A DNA stretch of 64,000 nucleotides, from positions 1,952,001 through 2,016,000 of the forward strand of contig OZ219791.1 of NCBI GenBank assembly GCA_964291215.2. The letters run 5' to 3'. The notes under the pieces were generated by a model. It saw only the letters and a list, made by a program, of their open reading frames with translations. It was not told where the DNA came from and ran no database searches. The position numbers were made by a program, and so were the translations under genes. This stretch comes from Alphaproteobacteria bacterium. GTDB lineage: Bacteria > Pseudomonadota > Alphaproteobacteria > MPNO01 > UBA830. Positions 30,205 through 39,663 of the stretch are shown here, one piece after another (the first letter of the stretch is position 1; every line of letters begins with the position of its first letter).

Positions 30205-32589
30205 CTATATCCTGCCAAGGGCTCGCAATATCTTCTGTGGCGTGAACGGCATGTCTGACAATGTCACGGAAAACGGCGAAAGCGCGTCGTTGAGGGCATT
30301 CATGACCGCGGCCGGCGCGCCGCATGTGCCGGCTTCCCCGGCTCCCTTTGCGCCAAGGTCCGAATCGGCCGTCGGGGAGACCGCGTGGCCGCATTCGATG
30401 TCGGGCAGTTCCGCCGCCATCGGGGTCAGGTAGTCCGCCATGTTGGCGTTCAGGATCTGTCCCGCGTCGTCATAGGCGCATTCTTCCCACAGCGCGCCGC
30501 CGATTCCCTGCACCACGCCGCCCCGGATCTGTTCGTCGACGAGCAGCGGGTTGATGACCGTGCCGCAATCCTCGATGCACCAGTGGTCGAGCAGCGTGAT
30601 AAATCCGGTCTCGACATCGACCTCCAGCCAGCACGCCTGGGCGCCGTTGGTGAAGGCGAACGGAAACTTGCGCGGCACGTAGTGCCGGGTTGCCACCAGT
30701 TCCGACTGGAAGCCGTCGGGCAGCGTGTCCGGGCGGTAGTAGCAGATGCGCCCGATCTCATCGAGGCCGATGCGTTCGGCGCCGGACTCGTCGTCGACGA
30801 CCACGCCGCCGCGAATGTCGAGCCGCGCCGCGTCTTCCTGCAGCATCGCTGCCGCCGCGTCCAGTATCTGGAGCCGCAGCGCCCGACCGGCCTGGGCAAC
30901 CGCCTCACCGCCGATTCCGGCAGCCCGCGACGCCCATGTTCCCCCGCCATAGGGCGTGTGCTCGGTGTCCCCGGTGACGATCTTCAGGCGTTCCGGCGGC
31001 ACGCCCACCGCGGTTGCGGCGACCTGCGAGATCACGGCCTCCATGCCTTGGCCCTGTTCCGTTGCGCCGGTGGCGACGAACACGTTGCCCTTGGCGTCAA
31101 GCCGCATCGTGGCGCCGTCCTGGGCCGAGATGCGGGCGCCGCCGACGCCATAGAACATGGCCGACGGGTTGGTCACCTCGATGAAGCTCGCAAAGCCGAT
31201 GCCACGATACACGCCCTCTTTGCGCAGGCGGTCGCGTTCCGCCCTGAGCGCATCGTAGCCCATGGCGTCGACGAGCTTGTTCATGCATTCGTGGTGGGAC
31301 AGGTCCTCGAACAGCATTCCCTGTGCGGACCGGCACGGATAGGAGTCGTCGGCGCGCAGGTTCCGGCGGCGGAACGCCACCGGATCCATGTCGAGGGTGC
31401 GGGCCGCGAGATCGACCAGCCCCTCGGTCACCGCGCACTTGATCGGATGTCCCACGGCGCGGTATTGGCACATCATGTTCTTGTTCTGGAACACGACCGT
31501 GGCCACGGCCCGGTAATTGTCGAAGGCGTAGGGGCCGCCGACCATGTTGACGATCTGGTTGGCCTCGATGCCGCTGGTGCGCGGATACATCGAATAGGGG
31601 CCGATGCCCGTCAGGTCGTCGATCTCGAAGCCGAGAATCTCGCCGTCTCCGGCCACGGCGATGCGCGCCTTGATCCGGTGGTCGCGGGCGTGAATGTCGG
31701 AGACGAAGCTCTCGTAGCGGTCGGCGACGAACTTGACCGGCCGTCTGAGCAGGATCGACAGACCCACGGTCGCTATCTCGTCGGCGTAGGTATGGACCTT
31801 GATGCCGAAGGATCCGCCGACATCCCGCGCGATCACGCGGACCCGGTGTTCGTCGAGGCGGTAGTGTGTTGCGAGGATGTTCTGGATCATGTGCGGGCAC
31901 TGGGTATTGTGCCAGACGGTCAACTGCTCCTCGGACGGGTCCCACTGGGCCAGTATGGCGCGGGGTTCGAGACAGACGCCGGTATGGCGCCCGAAGACGA
32001 ACGTCTCCTCGATGACATGATCGGCGCGTGCGAAGGCGTCATCGGCGTCGCCGAACTCGGCGCGCCGCTGCCAGGCAAGGTTGTCTCCGAGACCCTCGTG
32101 AATGACCGGGGTCGAGTCGTCGAGCGCCGTCTCGGCGTCGGTCACCGCCGGCAGCACCTCCCAGTCGATCTTGACGAGCGCGGCCGCGTCCTCGGCCAGT
32201 GCCCGCGTTTCGGCAACCACGGCAACCACGGCCTCGCCCTGCCAGGTTGTCCGCTCGAGCGGAAGTGCGTATTGCGGCGCCGACTTCAGCCCCTCGAGAT
32301 GCGTAAGCACGCCGATCCAGGGATCGTGGATCTCGGCAAGGTCCGGGCCGGTGTAGACGCCGACGACTCCCGGGGCCGCCTTCGCCGTCCCGGTATCGAT
32401 CGATTGCATGCGCGCATGCGCGTGGGGCGAGCGGACGAAGGCCGCGTGGGCCATCCGGGCGACGGCCACGTCATCGACGAAGGTGCCGCGCCCCTGCGCG
32501 AGACGCGGCGCGTTGGGCCGCGGGACCGAGCGCCCGATATAGGAATTCGGGCGGTCGAGAATCCAGCGGTTGGGGATCATCTCGGTCAT
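30205..32589 (-). CDS. Xanthine dehydrogenase-family molybdopterin large subunit (CoxL-like)
   Basis: RSPHAHA, GGSFGIK, QGQG, GAKGAGE; active-site loop QYRAVG. Confidence 0.93.
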   Translation of the reverse strand: MTEMIPNRWILDRPNSYIGRSVPRPNAPRLAQGRGTFVDDVAVARMAHAAFVRSPHAHARMQSIDTGTAKAAPGVVGVYTGPDLAEIHDPWIGVLTHLEGLKSAPQYALPLERTTWQGEAVVAVVAETRALAEDAAALVKIDWEVLPAVTDAETALDDSTPVIHEGLGDNLAWQRRAEFGDADDAFARADHVIEETFVFGRHTGVCLEPRAILAQWDPSEEQLTVWHNTQCPHMIQNILATHYRLDEHRVRVIARDVGGSFGIKVHTYADEIATVGLSILLRRPVKFVADRYESFVSDIHARDHRIKARIAVAGDGEILGFEIDDLTGIGPYSMYPRTSGIEANQIVNMVGGPYAFDNYRAVATVVFQNKNMMCQYRAVGHPIKCAVTEGLVDLAARTLDMDPVAFRRRNLRADDSYPCRSAQGMLFEDLSHHECMNKLVDAMGYDALRAERDRLRKEGVYRGIGFASFIEVTNPSAMFYGVGGARISAQDGATMRLDAKGNVFVATGATEQGQGMEAVISQVAATAVGVPPERLKIVTGDTEHTPYGGGTWASRAAGIGGEAVAQAGRALRLQILDAAAAMLQEDAARLDIRGGVVVDDESGAERIGLDEIGRICYYRPDTLPDGFQSELVATRHYVPRKFPFAFTNGAQACWLEVDVETGFITLLDHWCIEDCGTVINPLLVDEQIRGGVVQGIGGALWEECAYDDAGQILNANMADYLTPMAAELPDIECGHAVSPTADSDLGAKGAGEAGTCGAPAAVMNALNDALSPFSVTLSDMPFTPQKILRALGRI

Positions 32590-33065
32590 CCTTCTGCTCC
32601 CTCGCGCGCGAGTTCGACGGCGTCGACGATCGCCTGGTAGCCTGTGCAGCGGCAGTAGTTGCCCGACAGGAACTCGCGGATCTCGACGCGGTCCGCGTCC
32701 GGCCTGCGCTCCAGCAGCTCGGCCGCCGTCAACAGCATGCCCGGGGTGCAGAAGCCGCACTGGAGCGCATTGCGGCTGACAAAGGCGTCCTGAAGCGCGG
32801 CGATCTCACCGCTCTCGCTCAGCCCCTCGATGGTCCAGACGTCGGCGCCGTCGGCCTGCGCCGCAACCATCAGGCACCCGCGGACGATGGCTCCGTCGAC
32901 GCGCACCGTGCAGGCGCCGCAGACGCCGTGTTCGCAGCCGACATGGCTGCCGGTCAGACCGAGTTCGTTGCGCAGGAAATCGACGAGATTGGTGCGCGCC
33001 TCGATATGGCGGGTCACGACCTCGCCGTTCACCGTCATCGTGACATCGAGCCGCCTTTCCATCAT
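32586..33065 (-). CDS. 2Fe-2S small subunit (CoxS-like)
   Basis: GCEHGVCGACT, QCGFCTPG, NYCRCTGY. Confidence 0.95.
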   Translation of the reverse strand: MMERRLDVTMTVNGEVVTRHIEARTNLVDFLRNELGLTGSHVGCEHGVCGACTVRVDGAIVRGCLMVAAQADGADVWTIEGLSESGEIAALQDAFVSRNALQCGFCTPGMLLTAAELLERRPDADRVEIREFLSGNYCRCTGYQAIVDAVELAREGAEG

Positions 33066-33925
33066 TCGTCTCCCCCGGCCATGGCGCCGAGCACGCGCCG
33101 CGTCAGGACGCCGGCCAGGTGCTTGCGCATCGGCCCATCCGCGTTGAGGTCTTGCGGCGGATCGAGCTCCTCCGCGAGCGCCCCCGCGAGCCGGGCCGCA
33201 AGGTCGCCCGACCATGCTTCGCCCGCGAGGAGCGCGGCTGCGTTCGGCGCCGATACCGGCCGGTCGGCGGCGCCGAAGAACACCAGACGTCCCTCGCCGA
33301 ATGTCTGGCCGTCGAACTCGACATGAGCCGCCAGCCCGATGATGGCGTAATCGCCGTGGCGCCGCGCGAGCTCGAGAAAACCGGATTTCCATCCCGGCGC
33401 GATTTTCGGGATCTCGACCGCGGTGAGGATTTCCCCGCTGCCGATCGCGGTTTCGTACAGGCCTCTGAAGAAGTCATCGGCTTCCACGCTGCGTTCGCCG
33501 TCGGGTCCGGCAATGATCATGCGCGCCTGCAGCGCGACCGCGCAGGCCGGGAATTCGGCCGCCGGATCTGCAAAAGCGATCGAGCCCCCGAAGGTGCCGC
33601 GGTTGCGGATCGCCGGATGCGCGATATGCGGCAATGCGCTGGCGACGAGCGGCAGGTGCCGGGCGACCAGATCGGAGGTCTCGAGGTCGGCATGGCGGGC
33701 CATGGCACCGATCTTGATGCTGTCTCCGGCATTTTCGATGGCCGAGATGCCGTCGACATGGTTGATGTCGATCAGCAGCTCCGGCGCCGACAGGCGCATG
33801 TTGAGCGTCGCCATGAGGCTCTGCCCGCCGGCAAGGATACGGGCATCGTCGCCATGTTCGGCCAGGAGGCCGAGCACATCGCCGACGCTTGCTGCGCGGA
33901 CATAGGCAAATGGGGCGGGTTTCAT
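33062..33925 (-). CDS. FAD-binding medium subunit (CoxM-like)
   Basis: MKPAPFAY, AGGQSL, IRNRGTFGGS, RRHGDYA. Confidence 0.95.
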   Translation of the reverse strand: MKPAPFAYVRAASVGDVLGLLAEHGDDARILAGGQSLMATLNMRLSAPELLIDINHVDGISAIENAGDSIKIGAMARHADLETSDLVARHLPLVASALPHIAHPAIRNRGTFGGSIAFADPAAEFPACAVALQARMIIAGPDGERSVEADDFFRGLYETAIGSGEILTAVEIPKIAPGWKSGFLELARRHGDYAIIGLAAHVEFDGQTFGEGRLVFFGAADRPVSAPNAAALLAGEAWSGDLAARLAGALAEELDPPQDLNADGPMRKHLAGVLTRRVLGAMAGGDE

Positions 33926-34185
33926 CGACGTTTCCCCTGTAGGCCGGGTTGTCGGATCCTTGGACTCTTGACGGCGAATAGTGCCCGTGTTCGGGACCGT
34001 CGGTCAAGCGGCCTCCCGGCGGTCCGTGGCCTCCGGATCGCCGGGGATCGCGCCCATGCCGCCCTGCGGCCGGATCGAACCGGCCAACCGTGCTATGTTC
34101 CGGGCCACTTCGCGGTGTATCATGAAGCCGGCTTGCGCGATGCCCACAGCCTGAGCCGGCGAAAACCCTTGAGTGAACGGCAGCC

Positions 34186-35010
34186 ATGGCAGGAAGTCTC
34201 CGCAGAGCGACGCTGGCGGCAGGCTGTGCGCTGGCGTTGTCTGCCAGTTCTGCCGCCTCGGAGCGGCTGCGGCTCGACCTGTCCTACGATGTCTATGTCG
34301 GGGGGCTGCATGCCGGCAGGCTTGACGGCGTGATCAGGCTGGATCCGGCGAAATACGCCTTCGATGTTCATGGCAGGACGCGTGGCCTGCTGGAGGCGCT
34401 GATCCGTTGGCGGATGGACTCCCATTCGCGCGGCAAGCTCGCACGGGAGCAGGTCGTGCCTGCTGAAGCGGGCCAGAAGAACAAGCGGCGGGGAGCAGAG
34501 CGCTTCGTCGACATCGTGTTTGCCGAAGGCATGCCGAGGGTGGTGCGGGCGAAACCGGAATCACGGGCCGACAGCCGGGACCGGATACTCCCCGAGGCGC
34601 GCCGGGGCGCCCTCGATCCGATTGGCGGCGTGCTCGCGATCATCACCGCCCTTGAGACCAGCGGCGGCTGCGACGCCGCATTTCCTGTCTTCGACGGACG
34701 GCGCCTGTACGATCTCTCTATCCGGGGCCAGGGAATCGCGGATCTCCCTGTCAGCCGCTATACACCTTATGCTGGCCCCGCGATGCGGTGTCAGATCCAG
34801 TTCAGGCAGAAAGCCGGCTTCAAGCGGGACTCCGGCGGCGCCGTGCAGCGCTTCCGCACGGCTGCGGATATCTGGATGGGCAGGGTGTTCGCCGGCGTGC
34901 CGCGGCTGCCGGTTCGCATAGAGTTCGAAACCCGGCCGCTGGGCGCAGTCGTCGGCCATCTCGTGCGTGCGAGTTACAGTTCGCCGGGTGGCGGGCAGAC
35001 GCTCGAGTGA
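34186..35010 (+). CDS. DUF3108 domain exported protein
   Basis: Signal peptide, YDVYVGGL, LDP, VFDGRRLY, PVRI. Confidence 0.75.
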   Translation: MAGSLRRATLAAGCALALSASSAASERLRLDLSYDVYVGGLHAGRLDGVIRLDPAKYAFDVHGRTRGLLEALIRWRMDSHSRGKLAREQVVPAEAGQKNKRRGAERFVDIVFAEGMPRVVRAKPESRADSRDRILPEARRGALDPIGGVLAIITALETSGGCDAAFPVFDGRRLYDLSIRGQGIADLPVSRYTPYAGPAMRCQIQFRQKAGFKRDSGGAVQRFRTAADIWMGRVFAGVPRLPVRIEFETRPLGAVVGHLVRASYSSPGGGQTLE

Positions 35011-35273
35011 CGACCATCCCGAGCCGGGTTCGACGGGCCCGGCTGCCGCGGGCCGGCCGAGAGGCCGGCGATTGCTCGCCGGCGGCGGGTCGGGGATAAC
35101 TGTTTCGCGTCGGTAGGGAGATCGTGCGCGGATGTGCTGCGGCAGTTGCCGGCGCCGCGTTTTTTGCGGTAGAGCGCGAGTTGTGGCAGTGTGATGCTCG
35201 AGGATGCTGCGGACAGCTTCCGGCATTCGATCCCTCCCGGCTCAAGGATCCGCACCGCAGGAGAACTCTCCAG

Positions 35274-36632
35274 ATGTCCGAGACCGGAGTTGCGGCCGTC
35301 GTGCTGGCTGCGGGCAAGGGTACGCGGATGAAGTCTGACCTGCCCAAAGTCCTTCATCCGGTTGCCGGCCGCCCGATGATCCGCCATGTCCTTTCGATGC
35401 TGGAAGACATCGCTCCGGACCGCAGCGTCGTCGTGGTCGCGCCCGGGATGGACAGTGTCGTTTCCGCGGTGTCTCCGGCACGTGTGGCCGTGCAGGAGGA
35501 TTCGCAGGGTACGGCCCACGCGGTGCTTGCCGCGCGCTCCGCATTCGAGGGTTATTCCGGGGATGTCGTCATCGTCAACGGCGATACTCCGCTCCTGACC
35601 GCGGAAACCGTCGGAACCATGCTGCAGGCGCGTCGCGGCCCGGAGCGCCCGGCCGTCGTTGCGCTCGGCTTCCGGCCGCGGGATCCGGCCGAGTACGGCC
35701 GGCTGAGGATCGGCGAGGATGGCGGGCTCGACGCCATCGTCGAATACCGCGATGCCTCGCCGGAGGAGAAGGCCGGCACTTTCTGCAACGCGGGCGTCAT
35801 GGTCGTCGACGGCGGCGTGCTGTTCGCGCTTCTCGACGCCGTCGGGACGCGGAACGCGAAAGGCGAATACTACCTGACCGACATCGTGGCCATTGCCTGC
35901 TCCCGCGGGCTATGCTGCGCGGCCGTCGAGACGCCGGACGCCACCGAAGCGATGGGTGTCGACAGCCGCGCCGGCCTGGCGCGGGCGGAAGAAGCCATGC
36001 AGGACCGTCTGCGCCGTCGGGCCATGGAGGCCGGAGCGACGCTGACGGCCCCCGAAACCGTATGGCTTGCGGCCGACACCGAGATCGGCCGTGACGTGAC
36101 CATCGGGCCCAACGTGGTCATCGGCCCGGGAACCCGAATCTCCGACGGCGCGGCCATTCGCGCCTTCAGCCATATCGAGGGCGCCGACCTCGGCTCCGGA
36201 ACCGTTGTCGGCCCCTTTGCCCGCCTTCGTCCCGGAACGCGGCTCCGGCACGGGGCCCGCGTCGGCAACTTCGTCGAGGTCAAGGCGGCGGTCCTCGGCG
36301 AGAATGTCCGCGTCGGCCACCTTTCCTATGTCGGCGACGCCGAAATCGGGGAGGGCGCCAATATCGGGGCAGGAACGATAACCTGCAACTATGACGGGAT
36401 CTCGAAACACTTCACCCGCATCGGCGCCGGCGCCTTCATCGGCTCCAACAGCGCGCTGGTGGCGCCGGTGACGGTCGGAGACGACGCCATCGTCGGGGCC
36501 GGTTCGGTCGTCACGTCCGAGGTGGAGCGCGGCGCCATCGCGATCGCGCGTGGCCGCCAGCGCAATCTCGACGGTCAGGCGGACGCATTTCGCCGCCGCA
36601 GGAAGGCGGAAAGCGACACCGGAGACGGGTAG
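35274..36632 (+). CDS. glmU: Bifunctional UDP-GlcNAc pyrophosphorylase/glucosamine-1-P acetyltransferase
   Basis: LAAGKGTRMKSDLPKVLH, EYYLTD, hexapeptide repeats, GAGTITCNYDG. Confidence 0.97.
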   Translation: MSETGVAAVVLAAGKGTRMKSDLPKVLHPVAGRPMIRHVLSMLEDIAPDRSVVVVAPGMDSVVSAVSPARVAVQEDSQGTAHAVLAARSAFEGYSGDVVIVNGDTPLLTAETVGTMLQARRGPERPAVVALGFRPRDPAEYGRLRIGEDGGLDAIVEYRDASPEEKAGTFCNAGVMVVDGGVLFALLDAVGTRNAKGEYYLTDIVAIACSRGLCCAAVETPDATEAMGVDSRAGLARAEEAMQDRLRRRAMEAGATLTAPETVWLAADTEIGRDVTIGPNVVIGPGTRISDGAAIRAFSHIEGADLGSGTVVGPFARLRPGTRLRHGARVGNFVEVKAAVLGENVRVGHLSYVGDAEIGEGANIGAGTITCNYDGISKHFTRIGAGAFIGSNSALVAPVTVGDDAIVGAGSVVTSEVERGAIAIARGRQRNLDGQADAFRRRRKAESDTGDG

Positions 36633-36688
36633 CCCGGGCGCCGGTTGCGGGAGGTCGGGCCCGCGCCGGTCTGCAAGACGGCGACCGG

Positions 36689-37393
36689 TCAGCCGCCGCC
36701 CGGGTCGAGGATCTCGACCAGCTCGTCCGGCATTTCGAGCATGGCGTCGTGCAGACATGGCAGTTCGAACGTCCGCCAGTCCGATGCCTGTTTCAGTGCT
36801 TCGTGGAATTTCCGGAACAGCGACTGCTCGTAGGCCGAACACAGGATGTAGTCCTTCCTCGGCACCTCGCGTTCCCGGCCGGTAAGGGTTACCCCCTTCT
36901 CCATGCATGGCGCGGGGTGCGGGGTGGTCATCTTCCGGAGCCACGCCTTGCGCTCGGGGTCGGATATCCAGCGGTCGAAGCCGCTTGGATTGACATGGCC
37001 GTTGGGCCGGCGCGCCGCGGCGATTTCCGCGGCGCGTTCGGGATTGGTGAGCGGCGACAGGCTCTGGCCGCTTTCCTCGGGGACGAAGGCGTCGAGATAT
37101 ACCAGCCGTTCGATTCGCTCCGTGATGCGCGAGGCGGTGCCGGTGATCACCATCCCGCCGTAGGAATGTCCGACGAGCACGATCTCGTGAAGATCCTCCC
37201 AGAGCACGAGATTCACTATGTCCTCGACATGGGTGTCCGGGCCGTCGACGCTGTCGATGAGATGCCGGCGTTCCGCGAGCCCTGTCAACGTCGGCGTGTA
37301 GACGAGATGGCCTCGGCCGCGCAAGCTGTCGGCGACTTCGCGCCAGCACCAGCCGCCGTGCCAGGCGCCGTGAACGAGAACGAAGGTTGTCAT
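36689..37393 (-). CDS. Alpha/beta hydrolase (methylesterase-like)
   Basis: MTTFVLVHGAWHGGWCW, GHSYGG, LVYLDA, HDAM. Confidence 0.92.
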   Translation of the reverse strand: MTTFVLVHGAWHGGWCWREVADSLRGRGHLVYTPTLTGLAERRHLIDSVDGPDTHVEDIVNLVLWEDLHEIVLVGHSYGGMVITGTASRITERIERLVYLDAFVPEESGQSLSPLTNPERAAEIAAARRPNGHVNPSGFDRWISDPERKAWLRKMTTPHPAPCMEKGVTLTGREREVPRKDYILCSAYEQSLFRKFHEALKQASDWRTFELPCLHDAMLEMPDELVEILDPGGG

Positions 37394-37609
37394 CCCGTGA
37401 ATCCCTCCCGCATGCCGTTCGATGTGCGCACCTTTCGGGGCGATCTGGCTTCGGTGCTTGATCCCGTATAATAGCCGCATGGCAGCCGGGCAATGCCGGT
37501 CGCAGACACCGGATGCGTTTGCAGGCTGCCGTCCTGCATGGCAATGGCGGTGATAACGTGATGGCTGGCAGCGTGAACCTGCGCCCGGCGCTTTGCCGGA
37601 GGGGCTGAT

Positions 37610-39433
37610 ATGTGTGGAATCATCGGCATCATCGGGTCGGCAGACGCGGCGCCGTTGCTGGTCGACGGGCTGAGGAGGCTTGCCTATCGCGGCTATGACT
37701 CCGCCGGGATCGCGACGCTGTCCGGCGGCCGCGTCGAACGCCGGCGCAGCGAGGGCAAGATCGACAGGCTTGCGGCGCTCGTGGAGAACGACCCGCCGGC
37801 CGGGACCATCGGGATAGGCCATACGCGCTGGGCCACCCACGGAGCTCCGAGCACGGCCAACGCCCACCCGCACACCGACGGCAGCGTCGTTGTCGTCCAC
37901 AACGGCATCATAGAGAATTTCCAGGAACTGCGGGAGGAGCTGTCCGCGGAGGGTCATGAATTCCGCTCGGAGACCGATACCGAATCGGTCGTCCATCTGA
38001 TCAGCAGCCATCTCGGCGCCGAGCGGACGCCGGCGGAAGCGGTCGCGTTGTCCCTGCCGCGCCTGCGAGGGGCGTTCGCGCTCGCCATCCTGTTTTCCGG
38101 ACATGACGGGTTGATCGTCGCGGCGCGGCGCGGGAGTCCGCTGGCAATCGGCTACGGCGACGGCGAGATGTATGTCGGCTCCGACGCCCTGGCGCTGGCG
38201 CCGCTCACCGAACGGATCTGCTATCTGGAGGAGGGCGACTGGGCTGAAATCACGGCCGGACAGGCGATCATCCATGACGCGGGCGGCGAGGTCGTTGCCC
38301 GGGAAATCCGCCGGACCTCGACCACCGGCGCCGCTGTCGGCAAGGGCAACTTCCCGCATTTCATGCTCAAGGAGATCTTCGAACAGCCGGCGGTGATCGG
38401 CGATACGCTTCACGCGCTCATCGATCCGTTCGATGGAACCGTCGCGCTTCCCGACCTGCCTTTTGATCCTGCCGACGTCTCCAGAATCTCGGTCATCGCA
38501 TGCGGGACGTCGTTTCATGCCGGCATGGTTGTCCGCTACTGGCTCGAGGGAGCGGCCGGGATTTCGACCGATATCGAGATCGCTTCCGAGTTCCGTTACC
38601 GGGGCGCCAGGATGGAGCCGGGCGGCGTGGCACTGTTCATTTCGCAGTCCGGCGAAACGGCCGATACCTTGGCGGCGCTTCGCTATGCGCGAAGCCGGGG
38701 ACAGCGTATCGTGTCGGTGGTCAACGTGCCGGACAGCTCGATGTCCCGGGAATCCGACACCGTGCTTCTCACCTTGGCCGGCCCGGAAATCGGGGTGGCG
38801 TCCACCAAGGCCTTCACCACCCAGCTGACCACGCTTGCCGGCTTCGCCATCGGCATGGGAGCGGCGCGCGGCGAAATCGACCGTGCGACGGAAGCCAGGC
38901 TGTGCCACGCATTGACCGAGGTACCGGCCCGGGCTAACGATGTCCTGGTGCATGACGAGGCAATCGCCGAGATCGCGCGGGGAATCGTCGACGCCACCGG
39001 CGTGCTGTATCTGGGCCGCGGCACGGGATATCCGATAGCGCTGGAGGGCGCCCTGAAGCTCAAGGAAATCTCCTATCTCCACGCCGAGGGCTATGCCGCC
39101 GGCGAGATGAAGCACGGGCCGATAGCGCTGGTCGACGATCGCATGCCTGTGATCGTGATTGCGCCGTCGGACCCGCTGTTCGAAAAGACGGCGAGCAACA
39201 TGCAGGAAGTCGCCGCTCGTGGCGGCCGCGTCCTGTTCCTGTCCGATCGCGCAGGGATAGAACGGCTCGGCGACATGGCGTCGGCGGCCGTCGAACTGCC
39301 GGAGGTGGATCCGTTCGTGGCGCCGATCCTCTACACGATTCCGGTGCAGCTGTTGGCCTATCACGTTGCGGTTCTGAAGGGCACCGATGTCGATCAGCCG
39401 AGGAATCTCGCAAAGTCCGTTACCGTCGAATAG
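37610..39433 (+). CDS. glmS: Glutamine-fructose-6-phosphate aminotransferase
   Basis: MCGIIG, GHTRWATHG, SQSGET, C-terminal PRNLAKSVTVE. Confidence 0.98.
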   Translation: MCGIIGIIGSADAAPLLVDGLRRLAYRGYDSAGIATLSGGRVERRRSEGKIDRLAALVENDPPAGTIGIGHTRWATHGAPSTANAHPHTDGSVVVVHNGIIENFQELREELSAEGHEFRSETDTESVVHLISSHLGAERTPAEAVALSLPRLRGAFALAILFSGHDGLIVAARRGSPLAIGYGDGEMYVGSDALALAPLTERICYLEEGDWAEITAGQAIIHDAGGEVVAREIRRTSTTGAAVGKGNFPHFMLKEIFEQPAVIGDTLHALIDPFDGTVALPDLPFDPADVSRISVIACGTSFHAGMVVRYWLEGAAGISTDIEIASEFRYRGARMEPGGVALFISQSGETADTLAALRYARSRGQRIVSVVNVPDSSMSRESDTVLLTLAGPEIGVASTKAFTTQLTTLAGFAIGMGAARGEIDRATEARLCHALTEVPARANDVLVHDEAIAEIARGIVDATGVLYLGRGTGYPIALEGALKLKEISYLHAEGYAAGEMKHGPIALVDDRMPVIVIAPSDPLFEKTASNMQEVAARGGRVLFLSDRAGIERLGDMASAAVELPEVDPFVAPILYTIPVQLLAYHVAVLKGTDVDQPRNLAKSVTVE

Positions 39434-39663
39434 GGCCTCTGCATCCGTCGACGCCTCGCTCCGGCAGAGCCGTCTTCGCCGCCGGGAGGCCGTCCGGCAG
39501 ACAGGCTGCGCCCCTCCGGTCTCCCGGCCAGCCGCGATCTCCGGACCCGTCGCAGCTGCACGTCGCGCCGTCCCGAACGACTGGTTCATGTGCGGAAAGA
39601 TTGTATATTCGCCCGTCATTGCCACACCCGTCGGGAGGTGTCGGCAAGAAAGGAGGATCGTCC

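Noticed and set aside
30205-32589. True aerobic CO dehydrogenase
   Set aside because: Lacks the AYXCSFR copper-binding loop and accessory cox genes.
30385-32640. Long antisense or alternate-frame ORFs (also 1609-3072, 21496-23244, 41099-42511, 51838-53301, 53298-54782)
   Set aside because: They overlap well-supported genes, carry no motifs and are expected from GC-rich codon usage.
35011-35100. Cluster of GC palindromes after the DUF3108 gene
   Set aside because: Short GC-only stems with no second copy noticed; compatible with chance or a simple terminator.
36689-39625. 978-aa minus-strand ORF
   Set aside because: Only the last 234 codons (hydrolase from ATG 37393) are real; the rest is the stop-poor antisense shadow of glmS in high-GC DNA.
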